64,000 bases of DNA, from contig OZ296648.1 of assembly GCA_965655095.1 (NCBI GenBank), forward strand, positions 131,688,001 through 131,752,000, in the 5' to 3' direction. Origin of the DNA: Haplodiscus bocki. Its lineage: Eukaryota. Shown piece by piece: positions 61,529 through 64,000 of this stretch (its first letter is position 1; each line of letters starts with the position of its first letter). The notes beneath the pieces were generated by a model that searched no databases, was not told the DNA's origin, and saw only the letters and a list, made by a program, of their open reading frames with translations. The translations under genes and the position numbers were made by a program.

Positions 61529-62130
61529 AGTAGTAAGAGTGTGAGCTGATCAGGCAGGGGGGTCAAGACCCTAATGTATTAAGATAGGCTAAAGCGGGCC
61601 GACTCGAGCCGAGAGCCGAGAAGGGTCTTCACCCCGAGCCGAGAGCTCTCGGGTGACGTAATGCTCGATTCTGATTGGTTGACGACTCGGGTTACGTAAT
61701 ACTCGATTCTGATTGGCTGACGACTCGGGTGACACTCGATGTTGCCGAGAGCCGAGACGAGTCATTTGGAGCCGACTCAATGTATTAAGATAGGTGGCAA
61801 TGTATTAAGATATGGAGCCGAGAGCCGAAAGCCGACTCAATGTAATAAGATGGGTAGTGCATGTATTAAGATATGGAGTCGAGAGCCGCCTCAATGTATT
61901 AAGATAGGTAATGCATGTATTAACATATGGATCCGAGAGCCGAAAGCCGAGTCAAAAATATGTAATGCATGTATTAAGATATGCAATAGGGTATTTTCGG
62001 CACAATTTTCGGCACTGTGAGATTTTTTCGAAAAAAATTTTTGGGCCACCCCCGCCCGCGCGGATAATTATTACGGCGCGGATAATTAATACGCCTGCGG
62101 ATATTTTATTACGCCTGCGGATATTGTTTT
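61529..62130. repeat. Putative Polinton terminal inverted repeat with internal repeats
   Basis: ~8 copies of ATGTA(T/A)TAA(G/C)AT, several GAGCCGA units, 2x CTCGATTCTGATTGGYTGACGACTCGGGT, 2x CGCGGATAATTA, 2x TACGCCTGCGGATATT; partner TIR lies outside the window. Confidence 0.7.
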
Positions 62131-62223
62131 GACTTAATGCTATGTAAAAAGATTGTGTTAATGTTTTAAAAAGTTAATTAGAATGAATAAAAAAGGACAA
62201 ACAATTAACAATATTATCAAAAC

Positions 62224-64000
62224 TTACAAATTTAAGGGTTTTGTGTGTATTCCATCTTCTTCTACTATTCTTTTTGGAAAAAAGTAAGACAGTCCTTTCT
62301 TTGTTTGTTCATACGTAGCAACACTATGCTGAATCGTTCTAATTCCTCTATTGGTTGAAGTGACGTTGACTGCTTCTTCTAAGACTTTGCGATACTTTGC
62401 CATTGGACCACCATCGCCACACTCTTCCAATGTTCTTTTATTGAGTCCTTTGCTGCTAAACTTGTGCTTGTTAGTACGCTTATCATAACAACAATATGTT
62501 TTGCTACAGAGACACAACATTTCTGCACATCTAAACTCTTCTTTGAAGAGACCCGGCTCTCTCTTATCATGTTTCTTGTGGACATTACAGCAAGTTCTTG
62601 GGAAAAAATTGTCGGTAGCATTCGCAGTAAAGTCATCAGTGCAGTCTTTAGAACGTAACAGGTTCCATTCAGCTCGTTTTTTGGGAAGAATAACATCTTC
62701 TAAATATTCTTCGGACAAAGCCAAGTAAAGGGAGTCGGTATCCATTTCAAGTTCTTCATACTTGTCAGTGTCACAGAATTTTTTGAAGAAATTGTAGTAA
62801 AGTTCCAACATTCTCAGTTTTGCATATTGTAAGATAAAGAAACCCACAATGATTGGTTCTCTGTGCTCAATTTCTGACTTGACAAATTCCACTTCATACA
62901 GTTGATCAGTTATGTGATTAGGTCGCTTGAACAATTTACTATTAATTGCACTGTGGGTTTTTTCATCGCTCAGACACTTTGTCACTGTGTGTCGACTGCG
63001 ATCCATGATTTGATAGCCATAAGAGCTGTTAGCTAATAGTTTCATAGTTTTGGCAACAACACTCGAATTTGGATTTTCATCTCCTTGTCGTCGTGCATCC
63101 ACGGCAGACTGAACGAAATTGCCAAAACATTTTCTCGGAGTGTATTGAACAAATCGGTGAATCTTTTTACAAACTAACCCAAGTTGCAAATAAAACAAAA
63201 GCAAAGGAGTTATAATGGTGCCATTTGCTAGAATAAAGCTTGATATGAGCATTCTTCTAGGCTGAGCCATAATATTTTCCTTTTCTGCGTACTGTTTCAT
63301 CAGATTGCCAATATCATCCCTACTCACAACAGTATTTTTGAATATGGGAGGAAAGTTGGAAAAGTAGTCGCGCAAGTGTTCAGGCACTTCAATATCACAT
63401 TGAACATAACCAAAGAGTTGCCCATCAATAATTCCGTGCAAAAGTCCTTCTTCACTCAATGGACGTCTGTAGGGAAAGTTTTTTCGGAGGTGACTTTTGA
63501 CTGATGCATCACTTTTATAGAGACTCCACCACTCACACTCCCACATTTCAACAATTTGGTAACCCTTTTGTTGTATGTAATCCCTACGCATCTCATCTTG
63601 CTGTCGCTTCTTCACTCCCCTCTCAATATCCGTATCTGTTAGAGAGGGACGTGCTTCTTGACAGGGGCAGTAGTGATAGTAACACCCCATTGCTTCAAAC
63701 ACAGTGTTGCAATGATAACAAATTCCATCTACACTGAAGCAATCAATCTTCTTTTGTCTACCAGTAGTAACATTACTCTCAATTTTGCAATCTGGGCGAC
63801 TTTGTTGAAAGTATGACAGCACCATATTCTCAAAGGAGCGAGATTTGTTTTGCCGAGCTGTGAATCTATTAGTTTCAGAATCGTACTCCCATCGCGTATA
63901 CAATCCAGTTGGCATTGGTTGACACATTGAGTAGGGATAAAGCTGACTAGCATCGATACCAAAAATTGTTTTGCACAAGTTTGATGATTTGCGTATAAAA
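62224..64000 (-). CDS. polB: Protein-primed family B DNA polymerase (C-terminal part; ORF open past the window edge)
   Basis: Motif A GIDASQLYPYSM, motif B KLLANSSYG, motif C MDTDSLY, KTY, SKG. Confidence 0.93.
   Translation of the reverse strand, partial: FIRKSSNLCKTIFGIDASQLYPYSMCQPMPTGLYTRWEYDSETNRFTARQNKSRSFENMVLSYFQQSRPDCKIESNVTTGRQKKIDCFSVDGICYHCNTVFEAMGCYYHYCPCQEARPSLTDTDIERGVKKRQQDEMRRDYIQQKGYQIVEMWECEWWSLYKSDASVKSHLRKNFPYRRPLSEEGLLHGIIDGQLFGYVQCDIEVPEHLRDYFSNFPPIFKNTVVSRDDIGNLMKQYAEKENIMAQPRRMLISSFILANGTIITPLLLFYLQLGLVCKKIHRFVQYTPRKCFGNFVQSAVDARRQGDENPNSSVVAKTMKLLANSSYGYQIMDRSRHTVTKCLSDEKTHSAINSKLFKRPNHITDQLYEVEFVKSEIEHREPIIVGFFILQYAKLRMLELYYNFFKKFCDTDKYEELEMDTDSLYLALSEEYLEDVILPKKRAEWNLLRSKDCTDDFTANATDNFFPRTCCNVHKKHDKREPGLFKEEFRCAEMLCLCSKTYCCYDKRTNKHKFSSKGLNKRTLEECGDGGPMAKYRKVLEEAVNVTSTNRGIRTIQHSVATYEQTKKGLSYFFPKRIVEEDGIHTKPLNL

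Larger units (their letters stand above)
61529..64000 (-). mobile_element. Polinton/Maverick (adintovirus-like) element end, truncated by the window
   Basis: Starts AGTAGT (typical Maverick terminus), then a ~600-bp repeat-rich terminal region, then a protein-primed PolB pointing toward the terminus. Confidence 0.88.

Overview
AT-rich eukaryotic (animal-like, probably invertebrate) genomic DNA at the edge of a satellite block. Bases 1-13369 are about 25 copies of a ~534-bp satellite with 2-, 3- and 8-monomer higher-order periodicity. Next come a G-rich junction and two inverted copies of a hAT-like MITE flanking an intronless tRNA-Arg(TCT). One MITE is split by a young, full-length 12.6-kb Ty3/gypsy LTR element (16000-28627), the highlight of the window, which is organised like a complex retrovirus. 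It has gag, a -1 frameshift signal, protease, and pol with a TARG1/OARD1-like macrodomain between RNase H and integrase. It also has a class I (F-type) env and a fourth gene encoding a coiled-coil protein with a DnaJ-type J-domain (HPD). Neither env nor ORF4 has a usable ATG; one splice donor in the 5' LTR (AT|GTAAGT) joined to either of two AG|G acceptors builds an in-frame ATG for each. Downstream lie three compact, intronless, co-oriented host genes (TADA1, MRPL41, LAS1L), decayed LINE and gypsy relics, a CR1/L2-like LINE with an ORF1-ORF2 fusion, and one end of a Polinton/Maverick (terminal repeat plus protein-primed PolB) running off the window. All protein family calls come from motif recognition by eye, not database searches.
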